Shown one piece after another: positions 1 through 8,832 of a DNA stretch of 64,000 bases. The stretch's first letter is position 1. Every line of letters starts with the position of its first letter. Both the position numbers and the translations under genes were made by a program. The notes beneath the pieces are model-generated. The model made no database searches. It saw only the letters and a program-made list of their open reading frames with translations, and had not been told where the DNA came from. This DNA is from Candidatus Nomurabacteria bacterium (GTDB taxonomy: Bacteria; Patescibacteriota; Minisyncoccia; Phycocordibacterales; UBA9973): contig JAHFNS010000001.1 in assembly GCA_023267215.1 (NCBI GenBank), forward strand, positions 174,710 through 238,709, in the 5' to 3' direction.

Positions 1-13
1 TATTCCTGAATTT

Positions 14-1438
14 TTAATAACCTTCTATAAACCTATATAGAAGTCTGACTGGAGTGCCTAGGGCGCCGCCTGCGAGGTTTTCGCCTTGTATTGCAGTCAT
101 ACGAGGGGCCATGTCTATGTGTATCCATTTATGACCTTTTATGAATTGGTAGAGAAAAATAGCTGCATAGATAGCTCCGCCATATCCCCCATCTTTATTT
201 TTAACATTCGTCCAATCCCCGAGCGAACCTTTGATTTCATTTTCATATTCTTCCCACATAGGCAATCTCCAAACATAATCCCCTGTCTCTTCTCCAGCTT
301 TTTCTATTGCTTTAGATAAATTGTCATCATCAGTAAAAATTGCCGAAGCTCTCTCGCCAAGTGCGACCATCGCAGCACCAGTCAAAGTCGCAATGTCTAT
401 AACGACTTCTGGTTTATATTTTTGAGAATAAGTTAATGCATCAGCTAAGATGACTCTGCCTTCGGCATCAGTATTTAAAATCTCAATCGTTTTACCGGAC
501 ATTGAGCGAATGACATCTCCTGGACGATAACTTTTCCCCGATGCCATATTTTCAACGGCCGGTATGAGCCCGATGACATTCTTTTTCAATTTCATTTTTG
601 CAACCAGAGCGAGGGTGTGGATGACAGCGGCACCACCAGACATATCCATATTCATACCGAGAAGACTATTTGAGGGTTTCAAATTTATTCCTCCAGTATC
701 AAATGTCACACCTTTGCCGACGAGGACAATAGGTTTCTCATTTTTCTTTCCGCCAGCGTATTCCATAATGATAAATTTAGATTCTTCGTCTGAACCACGG
801 CCGACAGAAAGTATCGCTCGCATTTTTTGCTTTTCCATTTCTTTTTCACCAAGTACAGTGACTTTCACAGGTAGATTTTTTACGGCTTCTTTTGCTTTTT
901 GCGCCAAAATTTGAGGAGTCATATCTCCACCTGGCATATTTGCAAGTGTCCTAGTCTTGTTCACTTCTTCTGCAATAGTGTGGCCTTTAAGAATGGATTT
1001 TTCAATATCCCCGAAAGACGGTCTTTGAGGAGTTCCCAAAAGACCGTCTTTGGGAGAATCTATACCAGAAATAATAATTTCTTTTACAAAATTAAAACCT
1101 TCTTCTGTCGGTGTTTTATATTCCACAAATTCATAATTTGCAAAATCTAGTTGAGAACCGATGAGTTCTCCCAATTCTGTATCTGTTAATTTAATATTTT
1201 TAAATTTAAAATCAGAAAAATCAAAAGCAATCTTTTCCGCTTTTATTCCTTTTGCCATTGTCACCATTTTACGGACAAGCAAAAAAAGCTTTCTCAAAGT
1301 CATTTTCTCATCGCATTTCAAAAAGAATGTTTTTGCACCATTTTCTTTTATAATCTCATCTTTATTTTTAGAACCGACAGATACAAAAAGAACTTCTCCT
1401 TTTACATCTTTTGGGTTGTTTTTAAATGCTATTTTCAT
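14..1438 (-). CDS. pepA: Leucyl aminopeptidase, M17 family
   Basis: 474 aa; M17 signature NTDAEGRL region (ILNTDAEGRVILADALTY) and conserved C-terminal catalytic domain. Confidence 0.85.
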   Translation of the reverse strand: MKIAFKNNPKDVKGEVLFVSVGSKNKDEIIKENGAKTFFLKCDEKMTLRKLFLLVRKMVTMAKGIKAEKIAFDFSDFKFKNIKLTDTELGELIGSQLDFANYEFVEYKTPTEEGFNFVKEIIISGIDSPKDGLLGTPQRPSFGDIEKSILKGHTIAEEVNKTRTLANMPGGDMTPQILAQKAKEAVKNLPVKVTVLGEKEMEKQKMRAILSVGRGSDEESKFIIMEYAGGKKNEKPIVLVGKGVTFDTGGINLKPSNSLLGMNMDMSGGAAVIHTLALVAKMKLKKNVIGLIPAVENMASGKSYRPGDVIRSMSGKTIEILNTDAEGRVILADALTYSQKYKPEVVIDIATLTGAAMVALGERASAIFTDDDNLSKAIEKAGEETGDYVWRLPMWEEYENEIKGSLGDWTNVKNKDGGYGGAIYAAIFLYQFIKGHKWIHIDMAPRMTAIQGENLAGGALGTPVRLLYRFIEGY

Positions 1439-1442
1439 ATTT

Positions 1443-2792
1443 TTAAAATCCTTCTTCTGTTAATCTTTCATCTATTCTATTCATATCTCGTGGAAACATA
1501 CAAGCTTCACGAATATTTTTTAGACCTAAAAGTTGCATAGTGATACGTTCAGCTCCAAAAGCAAAACCTCCTTCAGGCGGAACTCCATATTTGAAAGCTT
1601 CAAGAAACATTTTTATTTTAGCCGGATCCATTTTCCAAATTTTTACATGCTCCATGAGCTGGTCATAATCATTGATTCTGCGTCCACCAGAGAGCCATTC
1701 TACTCCACGACAAATGAGATCCACGCCTTCATTGTATTCTGGCTCTTCTTTACTTGGATAAATGTAAAATGGTTTTTTTAGTGTTGGATATCCGTAAATA
1801 AATACGAAATCCGAACCAGTCTCTTCTTTTATTATTTCACAAATTTGTCTTTCATCTTCTCCGTTTGTATCTTTTTCTCCACGAACATCACGACCAAATT
1901 TTTCAAAAATCTTTTGTTGAACTTCTCTTAAAGAAAGTGTTGGCGTTTTGTCTGTCATTGTCGGAAGAGTAACCCCTAACAATTTCAAATGTTCTTTGTT
2001 TTTTGTCTCTACTTGTTTCAAAATGTATCTTACTGTTTCTTCAGCCATATCTCGCACATCTGTCCATGAATCAATGAAGGCCATCTCTGCATCAAGTGAA
2101 ACCACTTCCGTCAAATGTCTAGTGGTTGAAGATGGCTCTGCGCGGAAAACTTTATTCACAGAAAAAACTCTTTCAAATGCTGACATCACGATTTGTTTGT
2201 AAAGTTGAGGAGATTGAGAAAGAAAAGCTTTTTTATCAAAATAATCAATCTTAAAAACTTCTGCTCCTCCTTCGGCAACAGCTGGAGATATACTAGGAGC
2301 TTGAAATTCAAAAAACATATTCTTTTTCATAAATTCCCTGAAAGCATCTATTACTGTTTCCTGTATTTTGAAAATTGCTTGTATTTTTGGTTGTCTTAAA
2401 ACTAACGCTCTATTATCAAGTTCTGCGGTCAACTCTAGATTATACCCACCAAGAGACATATCAAAAGGAAGAGGTGCTGCTTCGGATAAAATTTCAATAT
2501 TTAAAATTTCAAGTTCTATGTCGCCATTTAATACATCTGCTTTCACATTTCTCTCTGGACGCTTGTTTACTAAACCAGTGATCTTGAGAACCCATTCGAG
2601 TCTGATTTCTTTTGATTTTTCAATAACTTCCACATGAGAAGGTAATGCAACTACTTGCACTTTACCTGTCATATCTCGCATATCAAAAAATACCATTTTG
2701 CCTTGATCACGACGGACATCTACCCAGCCAGCTATGATGACTTCTTTGCCAACATTGTCTTTCAAATCTTTAATATAAATCCTATTTTTCAT
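1443..2792 (-). CDS. aspS: Aspartyl-tRNA synthetase, class IIb, short archaeal/non-discriminating type (AsnRS not fully excluded)
   Basis: 449 aa; N-terminal OB anticodon-binding domain; motif 2 FRAEPSSTTRHLTE; motif 3 GGFAFGAERI; GGRRINDYDQL resembles the AspRS-type GGxRIH segment rather than AsnRS GGSQREER. Confidence 0.8.
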   Translation of the reverse strand: MKNRIYIKDLKDNVGKEVIIAGWVDVRRDQGKMVFFDMRDMTGKVQVVALPSHVEVIEKSKEIRLEWVLKITGLVNKRPERNVKADVLNGDIELEILNIEILSEAAPLPFDMSLGGYNLELTAELDNRALVLRQPKIQAIFKIQETVIDAFREFMKKNMFFEFQAPSISPAVAEGGAEVFKIDYFDKKAFLSQSPQLYKQIVMSAFERVFSVNKVFRAEPSSTTRHLTEVVSLDAEMAFIDSWTDVRDMAEETVRYILKQVETKNKEHLKLLGVTLPTMTDKTPTLSLREVQQKIFEKFGRDVRGEKDTNGEDERQICEIIKEETGSDFVFIYGYPTLKKPFYIYPSKEEPEYNEGVDLICRGVEWLSGGRRINDYDQLMEHVKIWKMDPAKIKMFLEAFKYGVPPEGGFAFGAERITMQLLGLKNIREACMFPRDMNRIDERLTEEGF

Positions 2793-2820
2793 ATAAATAT
2801 TCTATCATATATTGAAAATA

Positions 2821-2856
2821 AAAAAAGCGGAGAATATGATGGGTCCCCGCTTTCTT
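2821..2856 (-). terminator. Intrinsic terminator (minus-strand stem AAAGCGGGGA...TCTCCGCTTT followed by a T-run), 28 nt upstream of the aspS start
   Basis: GC hairpin plus a run of 7 T on the minus strand, read directly from the sequence. Confidence 0.6.
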
Positions 2857-3300
2857 AATTTACCCTTTCCTTTATTAAGAAGGGTTTTAAAATTTATCAA
2901 TAATTTTTAAAAGCGGATTGCTACGTGGCTCTGCAGGAAGCCACTTTCCACTTATTTCTCTTATGCATCGGCTTTTTCCCCAATCAGGGTTAACACCGAT
3001 AAATTTGTTTTTTAAAGTCAGGAATTTTCTTCCTGATTTTGTGGCTTCTGCAAGCCACTTTAAACAATTCTCTAGGTCGCCACTGGCGACTTGGGAATCA
3101 CAAGAATTAGACATAAGAACTCCTTATAAAATTGATAAAATATTTAAAACAGTAAGGAACTATTACCCTCAGACCCAAATTTCATTTATTATTTGGGACT
3201 GGTGTGTATGTTTCTAGAAAACTGAGAGCACACACATCAGACTCAAACGCAAAACTGACTTCGATTTTATTCGGAGCCAGTTTTGTTTTTGTATTATTTC
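2857..3300 (-). ncRNA. GC-rich structured island upstream of aspS: candidate cis-regulatory leader or small structured RNA; the alternative reading is a 75-aa ORF at 2887..3114
   Basis: Local GC is about 45% against ~30% background. Two related hairpins occur (GTGGCTTGCAGAAGCCAC and GTGGCTTCCTGCAGAGCCAC), plus a GTCGCCACTGGCGAC hairpin and a GGTGTGTATG...CACACACATCAG hairpin. An upstream CCGCTTTT could pair with the terminator 5' arm as an antiterminator alternative. I could not match it to the RNase P, tmRNA, SRP or T-box consensus by eye. Confidence 0.3.
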
Positions 3301-3447
3301 AATTTTTCCAATTTATACAAAAGCAAATGGCTCCTTCTTAATGAGGGTGAGAATAAAGAGAACATTAATTTGTATATTTCTTAATTTCATAACTATATAA
3401 ACATATTAGCATAAAAAATAGAAACAACAACACACCTGTGGAAAACT

Positions 3448-4125
3448 CTAGACTTTTTCTACATTGAGCACTCTTCCATTTTTATCTAAAGAAACACAAA
3501 ATCCTTCTAAAAAATCGTAAGGCTTGATTTTCCAATCATAGTTTTTTATAAAAATATTTGCATTTTCAATCTTCATGTCATTTAAAAATAAAATTTCAAA
3601 AAATTTCATTACAAAAGCATGACTAATACAGACAGAACCATTGGGAATTTTTTTAAGTTTCTTGAAAAAAGAATCTATCCTCGCTATAACATCATTTACT
3701 TTCTCCTCATTTTTATCTTCCACAATACTTTTTACCACATTTTCACGCAATAAATTTACATTGAAATCTTTATTTTCTGGTGTAACAAAATTAGCTACTG
3801 AAAATTTAATTTCCTTTAATTCTGGTAAAATTTTTATGGGTAAATCAAAAAGCTTAGCTGTCTGTACGCAACGAGACACTGGCGAAGATAGGATATATTT
3901 AATTTTAAAATTTTTCTTTAAATTCTTAACTCTTTTAATTGTTTTTTCTGTATTCGTATCTAACAATGGATCATTTAACTGTAAACCATTTAAATCAAAA
4001 CTAGAAATCAAATCCATCCCTGGTATTAGGTCTAGATATATTGCTGGTCTTAAAAATAGTATTTTTTTCATAATTTTAATAAAGAAGCAGAGAAAATTTT
4101 CTCTGCTTAATAATTTAATAAACAA
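3448..4125 (-). CDS. Hypothetical protein with weak histidine-phosphatase-superfamily resemblance (degenerate RHG motif)
   Basis: 225 aa; SSPVSRCVQTAKLF resembles SSPLxRAxQTA and ISHAFVMKFF resembles the second His motif, but the N-terminal R-H-G is LRPA (no catalytic His). Confidence 0.4.
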   Translation of the reverse strand: MFIKLLSRENFLCFFIKIMKKILFLRPAIYLDLIPGMDLISSFDLNGLQLNDPLLDTNTEKTIKRVKNLKKNFKIKYILSSPVSRCVQTAKLFDLPIKILPELKEIKFSVANFVTPENKDFNVNLLRENVVKSIVEDKNEEKVNDVIARIDSFFKKLKKIPNGSVCISHAFVMKFFEILFLNDMKIENANIFIKNYDWKIKPYDFLEGFCVSLDKNGRVLNVEKV

Positions 4126-4786
4126 TTACTTCTAATTTTTGTCTATTTTGAGCTAAAAAAGAATGATTTTTTGTTATTCCTCTCAAATTTTCAGTTGCAT
4201 AATTCATAAGAATTTTCTTATTCATTTCATACATGATTTCTCTCAAAAGTATGTATTGAGCATAATGTCTAATTTGAAGTTTGCTTGTTTCTTCTATACT
4301 CAATTCTCTATTATACTGCAAAGAATATCTCTCTTTCCTTTTTTCCTGATAAAGAAGAAAAAAATAATTTAATTCAGAATCTGTGGGTAAAGAATCTCTT
4401 ATTTTGTCTTCTAGCTCATATTGACGAATATGCCAATTTTTAAACTGATTACTAAACAAAGAAACTTTTCCTTTAATATCTTGACTTAAAATTTCTTGAC
4501 TAAACTTAATTTCAGAGGTTTTTATATTGTCTCTTGGAAAATCAATGAAAATATCTTCCTCTGTATCGGCTATTAGAAATATAAAGAAGTTTTTTGGATA
4601 TTTACTTTGAACTTCTGACACTGCCTGAAGAGCTGAAATCATAAGAGAAGAAACACCATCAGAAATTCCCCCAGGAATATAATCTGGACAAAGTGGAACA
4701 AAAATTTCATTTCCATCTTCTAATATTTTTGGAAGCCTTCTCGAGGCTTCTTGTTTTTGAAAAGAAAAAATCTTGTTACTTATCAT
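4115..4786 (-). CDS. Hypothetical protein
   Basis: 223-aa ORF, no recognisable motifs; ends overlap the downstream ORF, suggesting an operon. Confidence 0.5.
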   Translation of the reverse strand: MISNKIFSFQKQEASRRLPKILEDGNEIFVPLCPDYIPGGISDGVSSLMISALQAVSEVQSKYPKNFFIFLIADTEEDIFIDFPRDNIKTSEIKFSQEILSQDIKGKVSLFSNQFKNWHIRQYELEDKIRDSLPTDSELNYFFLLYQEKRKERYSLQYNRELSIEETSKLQIRHYAQYILLREIMYEMNKKILMNYATENLRGITKNHSFLAQNRQKLEVIVY

Positions 4787-4849
4787 TCTGTAGTCCCTCC
4801 TAGGACTTTTTTAACTAATTAATTTTTAAAGAACAAAATACTCTCTCCT

Positions 4850-4881
4850 TCTGCTATCATGTACTAGTACATGATAGCAGA
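4850..4881. promoter_or_regulatory. Perfect 32-bp palindrome TCTGCTATCATGTACTAGTACATGATAGCAGA; candidate operator
   Basis: Perfect inverted repeat with a core GTACTAGTAC that resembles trp-operator CTAG half-sites. It lies between the TrpR-like gene and the 4115..4786 operon and has no flanking T-run, so it is unlikely to be a terminator. Confidence 0.45.
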
Positions 4882-4945
4882 AGAAAAAAGTAATGCAAGT
4901 GCATTTTATATAAAAACTGTGGATAACCCACAATCTCTTTTTTTA

Positions 4946-5233
4946 TTATTTACTTAATTTTTTTAACACTAAATGAAAACCCCCATTTTTATTACGAAGT
5001 TCGCGAGACCCTCTAGTGACCGTGCTTATACCAATACCTAAATCCCCTGCTATGTCTCTATGTTTCTCGTTTTTGTTAAGCCTCTTCACTATTTGCCATC
5101 TTATACAAATTTCATCAAATTCTGCAGGTGTCAAAATATCTCTCAAAAATTCAAATATTAATTCCTTATCTGTAGAAATTTTTGAAAAAACTTCTATAAT
5201 CTCCTTTTTGTATTGTGCGGAATTTTTTTTCAT
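4946..5233 (-). CDS. TrpR-like DNA-binding protein, YerC/YecD family
   Basis: 95 aa; RWQIVKRL...DIAGDLGIGISTVTRGSRELR matches the TrpR/YerC helix-turn-helix core. Confidence 0.7.
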   Translation of the reverse strand: MKKNSAQYKKEIIEVFSKISTDKELIFEFLRDILTPAEFDEICIRWQIVKRLNKNEKHRDIAGDLGIGISTVTRGSRELRNKNGGFHLVLKKLSK

Positions 5234-5236
5234 TTT

Positions 5237-6244
5237 TTAAAAATAATCAATCTTGATAGCTTTTTTAACTTTAGCCATTGTCTTTTTAGCTTCTTCTCTT
5301 GCCTTTTTTGTCCCATCTTCTAAAATCTTCATAACCTCTTCTGGGTGCTTTTCGAATTCTTTTCTTTTTTCACGAATTGGTTTAATTAATTTTTCTAAAA
5401 CCTCTATCAATCTTTTCTTAATAACAACATCTCCTAAACCACCCTTTTCATATTGCTTTTTTAATTCTAGAACTTCTTCTTTATTTTCATCAAAAATATC
5501 TAAATAAGTAAAGACAATATTTCCTTCTACTTTACCTTTATCTTCCACATGAATGTGGTTCGGGTCAGTATACATATTCATAACTTTTTTTGAAATTTCA
5601 TCATAACTATCTGAAAGATAAATACCATTATTAAGAGATTTACCCATTTTAGAATTTCCATCAGTGCCAATTAACCTCGGGATATCTCCCACTAAATGCT
5701 TTACACGTTTAAATGTTTCTCCGTAGAAACGATTGAAGTCGTCCACAATTTCATTCACTTGTTCAATAACTGGTAATTGATCTTCACCGACTGGAATTAA
5801 ATTTGATTCTGCAAAAAGAATATCCGCTGCTTGAGAAACAGGATAAGTTAAAAATCCAGCGGGAACATCTTCTCCATACCCTTTGTCTTTCATTTCACTT
5901 TTTACAGTCGGGTTCCTCTTCAATCGAGCAAGTGTCACCAAATTTAAAAACAAAACTGTAAGCTCTGCAATTTCTGGAATTTCTGATTGAATAAACATAA
6001 TAGTTTTTTTAGGGTCAAGACCACAAGCCAGATTATCAAGGGCAACTTCTAAAACATTTGCTCTAACTTTTTCTGGATTTTGTGCATTATCGGTAAGTGC
6101 TTGAATATCCGCAACCATATAAAAAGATTTATCGGCTTCATCTTGAAGTTTAACTCTATTTCTTATAGACCCGACAAAATGACCCAAATGGAGTTTACCC
6201 GTTGGGCGATCACCCGTGAGCACTATTTTTTCATCTTTTACCAT
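5237..6244 (-). CDS. trpS: Tryptophanyl-tRNA synthetase
   Basis: 335 aa; class I HIGH motif (TGDRPTGKLHLGHFVG) and KMSKS motif (KMGKS); size typical of TrpRS. Confidence 0.9.
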   Translation of the reverse strand: MVKDEKIVLTGDRPTGKLHLGHFVGSIRNRVKLQDEADKSFYMVADIQALTDNAQNPEKVRANVLEVALDNLACGLDPKKTIMFIQSEIPEIAELTVLFLNLVTLARLKRNPTVKSEMKDKGYGEDVPAGFLTYPVSQAADILFAESNLIPVGEDQLPVIEQVNEIVDDFNRFYGETFKRVKHLVGDIPRLIGTDGNSKMGKSLNNGIYLSDSYDEISKKVMNMYTDPNHIHVEDKGKVEGNIVFTYLDIFDENKEEVLELKKQYEKGGLGDVVIKKRLIEVLEKLIKPIREKRKEFEKHPEEVMKILEDGTKKAREEAKKTMAKVKKAIKIDYF

Positions 6245-6335
6245 ATAAATATATTACCATATTTGTCCCCATTTTAATAACATATTTAATAACTTTTCGT
6301 CTTTGACTATTTTTTTAAAGTGCTAGAATAACCAA

Positions 6336-7730
6336 ATGATAAAAGCAAAAAAAGATATAAATATACGTATTCCTCCTCAAAATATACCTTCTGAGCAGGC
6401 AGTGCTTGGTTCTATAATGCTCCGCAAAGATGCTATCCATGAAGTAGAAGATGTGATCACTCCAGATTCTTTTTACGTTGAAAAACACAAAATAATTTTC
6501 AGAGCAATGCTTGACCTCTCTCTTAAAAATGAACCAATAGATATGCTTTCTCTTTCTACAAAATTAGGTGAACAGAAAGTTTTAGAAAGAATTGGGGGTA
6601 ATCAATATTTAGCAGAAATAGCAAATATTGTCCCTTCTTCTGTAAATGTAAAACACTATGCCGAAATTGTACAAAAAAAATACGTTTTAAGAAGTTTAAT
6701 AGAAGCAGCAGATTATGTATCTGAACTTGGTTTTGAAGAAGGTGATGACCATATGGATGACATTTTAGATATGGCAGAAAAAAGAATTTTTAGCGTGATC
6801 TCTTCTCCTAAAAATCAAAAATATACGAATTTAAAAGATGCCTTACCTGAAGCATGGGAACGTCTTGAAAAATTACATGAACACAAAGGAGCTCTCAGAG
6901 GATTGCCGACTGGTTTCAAAGATTTGGATAGTACTCTTTCTGGTTTACAAAAGTCTGATCTAATTATTTTAGCCGCTCGTCCTTCTATGGGTAAAACGAC
7001 TCTGGCACTCGACATCGCTCGTATGTCTTCTGTTGTTCATGATAAATCTGTTTTAATTTTTTCCTTAGAAATGTCTTCTCAACAATTAGTAGATAGAATG
7101 CTTTCAGCACAATCTCGAGTAAATGCTTGGAACTTACGTACTGGACATTTGTCTTCTGATAGAGATTTTTCTCAACTTCGAGATTCATTAGATAAACTTG
7201 CTAAAGCAAAAATATATATTGATGATCAACCTGGCAATTCTATCGTTCGAATGAAAGCTCTTGCTCGCAGATTAAAAGCTGAAAAAGGATTGGATCTTAT
7301 AATCGTAGATTACTTACAACTTATGACTACTTCTAAAAATTATGATTCTATGGTCAATCAAGTGACAGAAATTTCAAGATCTTTAAAGAGCCTAGCAAAA
7401 GAACTCGATGTGCCCGTGCTCGCCCTCTCGCAGCTTTCTCGTGCTGTGGAATCTCGTGGAGGCAAACCAAGACTATCCGATCTTCGTGATTCAGGATCTA
7501 TCGAGCAGGATGCCGACGTCGTGATGTTTATTCATAGAGAAGATAAAGGCAAAGACGAATCTGAGAAAACAAACATTGCTGAAATATTGATTGAAAAACA
7601 CAGAAATGGTCCTACTGGTAAAGTTGATCTTTACTTTGATGAAAAAACAACTACCTTCTTAAATCTTGAAAAAAGTAGCTTGAGTGAATTTACCCAACCA
7701 AAAGTTAGTGGAGAGTTGGATGAGTTTTAA
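6336..7730 (+). CDS. dnaB: Replicative DNA helicase DnaB
   Basis: 464 aa; N-terminal DnaB domain, Walker A ARPSMGKTTLALDIA, conserved VPVLALSQLSR and DADVVMFIHR motifs. Confidence 0.95.
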   Translation: MIKAKKDINIRIPPQNIPSEQAVLGSIMLRKDAIHEVEDVITPDSFYVEKHKIIFRAMLDLSLKNEPIDMLSLSTKLGEQKVLERIGGNQYLAEIANIVPSSVNVKHYAEIVQKKYVLRSLIEAADYVSELGFEEGDDHMDDILDMAEKRIFSVISSPKNQKYTNLKDALPEAWERLEKLHEHKGALRGLPTGFKDLDSTLSGLQKSDLIILAARPSMGKTTLALDIARMSSVVHDKSVLIFSLEMSSQQLVDRMLSAQSRVNAWNLRTGHLSSDRDFSQLRDSLDKLAKAKIYIDDQPGNSIVRMKALARRLKAEKGLDLIIVDYLQLMTTSKNYDSMVNQVTEISRSLKSLAKELDVPVLALSQLSRAVESRGGKPRLSDLRDSGSIEQDADVVMFIHREDKGKDESEKTNIAEILIEKHRNGPTGKVDLYFDEKTTTFLNLEKSSLSEFTQPKVSGELDEF

Positions 7731-7740
7731 ATAAATAATT

Positions 7741-8373
7741 ATGAACACAATAGAAAGATTAACTGAAGTATTTAAAGAATTTCCAGGTATTGGGGAGAGA
7801 CAAGCAAAACGCTTTGTTTACTTTTTAATGTCTCGAGATGGAAGCTATTCTGACAATCTATCTAGTCTAGTGAAAGAATTAAAAAAGGAAGTATCTCAAT
7901 GTAAAGAATGTTTTAAATTTTTCCTTTTAGACTCAAACAATAAACTTTGCGAAATCTGCAGAGACCCAAATCTAGACTCTTCTGTACTTATGGTCGTCGA
8001 AAAAGATTCTGATTTAGAAAGTATGCATAAAAGTAGAATATATAATGGCAAATATTTTATCCTGGGAGGACTCGTGCCGATCGTGGAAAAAAATACAAAT
8101 TCAAGAATCAGAGTAAATGGACTTATAGAAAAAATAAAACGTGATTCAAAAGCCACACCAGAGGACGGACAAGCCTTAAAAGAAATTATTCTGGCTTTTT
8201 CATTGAGCCCTCAAGGCAACCATACAGACTTTTATATTCGCAACCAATTAAAACCCATCATTGAACCATTGGATATAAAAATTTCATCTTTGGGTAAAGG
8301 CCTCTCCACTGGCACCGAGCTCGAATACTCAGACAACGACACCCTCAAAAACGCTCTCAAAAATAGGCAATAA
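7741..8373 (+). CDS. recR: Recombination protein RecR
   Basis: 210 aa; HhH N-terminus, C4 zinc finger CKECFKF...CEIC, Toprim domain. Confidence 0.9.
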   Translation: MNTIERLTEVFKEFPGIGERQAKRFVYFLMSRDGSYSDNLSSLVKELKKEVSQCKECFKFFLLDSNNKLCEICRDPNLDSSVLMVVEKDSDLESMHKSRIYNGKYFILGGLVPIVEKNTNSRIRVNGLIEKIKRDSKATPEDGQALKEIILAFSLSPQGNHTDFYIRNQLKPIIEPLDIKISSLGKGLSTGTELEYSDNDTLKNALKNRQ

Positions 8374-8377
8374 AAAA

Positions 8378-8398
8378 TCCCGGAAACTAGTTCCGGGG
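8378..8398. terminator. Bidirectional hairpin CCCGGAAACTAGTTCCGGG between recR and the convergent ORF
   Basis: Perfect stem with A/T-rich flanks on both sides. Confidence 0.5.
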
Positions 8399-8401
8399 AA
8401 A

Positions 8402-8704
8402 TTAACTTTTGTAAAAACAAATATAACTGGCTACAAAAGTATCTACTTTTATATACACTTCAGTGCCAGATTTTACTATAAACTCTTGGTCAGTAAGAAG
8501 TAGCACTTCATTGTTGACTTTAAACATACCCGATGTTGCTTTCAACACCACTTCTTTTGAACTCATCTTTCCAAAAGGATAACTCCCAGGAAGTATAGTA
8601 CCAATAGAAATAATCTTTCTTCCATTTTCATCTACTACTTCAATGGTATCTACATTTCGTTGTCCTTCAAAATGAAGGACCCTAGGTATAGAAATATACT
8701 CCAT
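8402..8704 (-). CDS. Hypothetical protein
   Basis: 100-aa ORF between the rplU terminator and the recR terminator; no motif recognised; not L27. Confidence 0.45.
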   Translation of the reverse strand: MEYISIPRVLHFEGQRNVDTIEVVDENGRKIISIGTILPGSYPFGKMSSKEVVLKATSGMFKVNNEVLLLTDQEFIVKSGTEVYIKVDTFVASYICFYKS

Positions 8705-8801
8705 TTTTTACCTCGCTCTTTGTTTAAAAAACATTTAACTAAATTCATGAACTAATATGATTTAGTAATAACATAAACACAAGAAAAAGTCTATTAAAAA
8801 A

Positions 8802-8832
8802 TAAAAACACCCCTTACGGGGCATTTTTATTT
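8802..8832 (-). terminator. Intrinsic terminator downstream of rplU (CACCCCTTACGGGGCA hairpin plus T-run)
   Basis: Hairpin plus T-run readable on both strands. Confidence 0.6.

Noticed and set aside
86-1463. Plus-strand ORFs 86..319, 564..914, 899..1150 and 1161..1463 in the ORF track
   Set aside because: They lie fully antisense to the well-supported pepA gene and have low-complexity, Phe/Ile-rich translations typical of AT-rich shadow frames. The many other 60-125-aa ORFs antisense to dnaK, clpB, typA, aspS, ABC and other genes are rejected for the same reason.
2887-3217. ORFs 2887..3114 (-) and 2918..3217 (+) as confident protein genes
   Set aside because: They sit in a GC-rich hairpin-dense island more consistent with structured RNA. 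The minus-strand ORF does have a strong AAGGAG, so I kept it only as an alternative explanation in the feature note.
2793-3300. Calling the aspS upstream region a T-box riboswitch, RNase P RNA, tmRNA or SRP RNA
   Set aside because: I could not find the T-box consensus (GGGUGGNACCGCG), the RNase P P4 strands (GGAAAGUCCGG / ACAGAA.CCGGCUUA), a tmRNA tRNA-like end or tag ORF, or the SRP domain IV GGAAGGAAGCAGC. It is left as an unclassified structured leader or ncRNA.
7421-7540. GC-rich stretch inside dnaB as another inserted element
   Set aside because: It encodes the universally conserved DnaB motifs (VPVLALSQLSR ... DADVVMF) with no palindromic structure. It is likely codon or amino-acid constraint and not an insertion.
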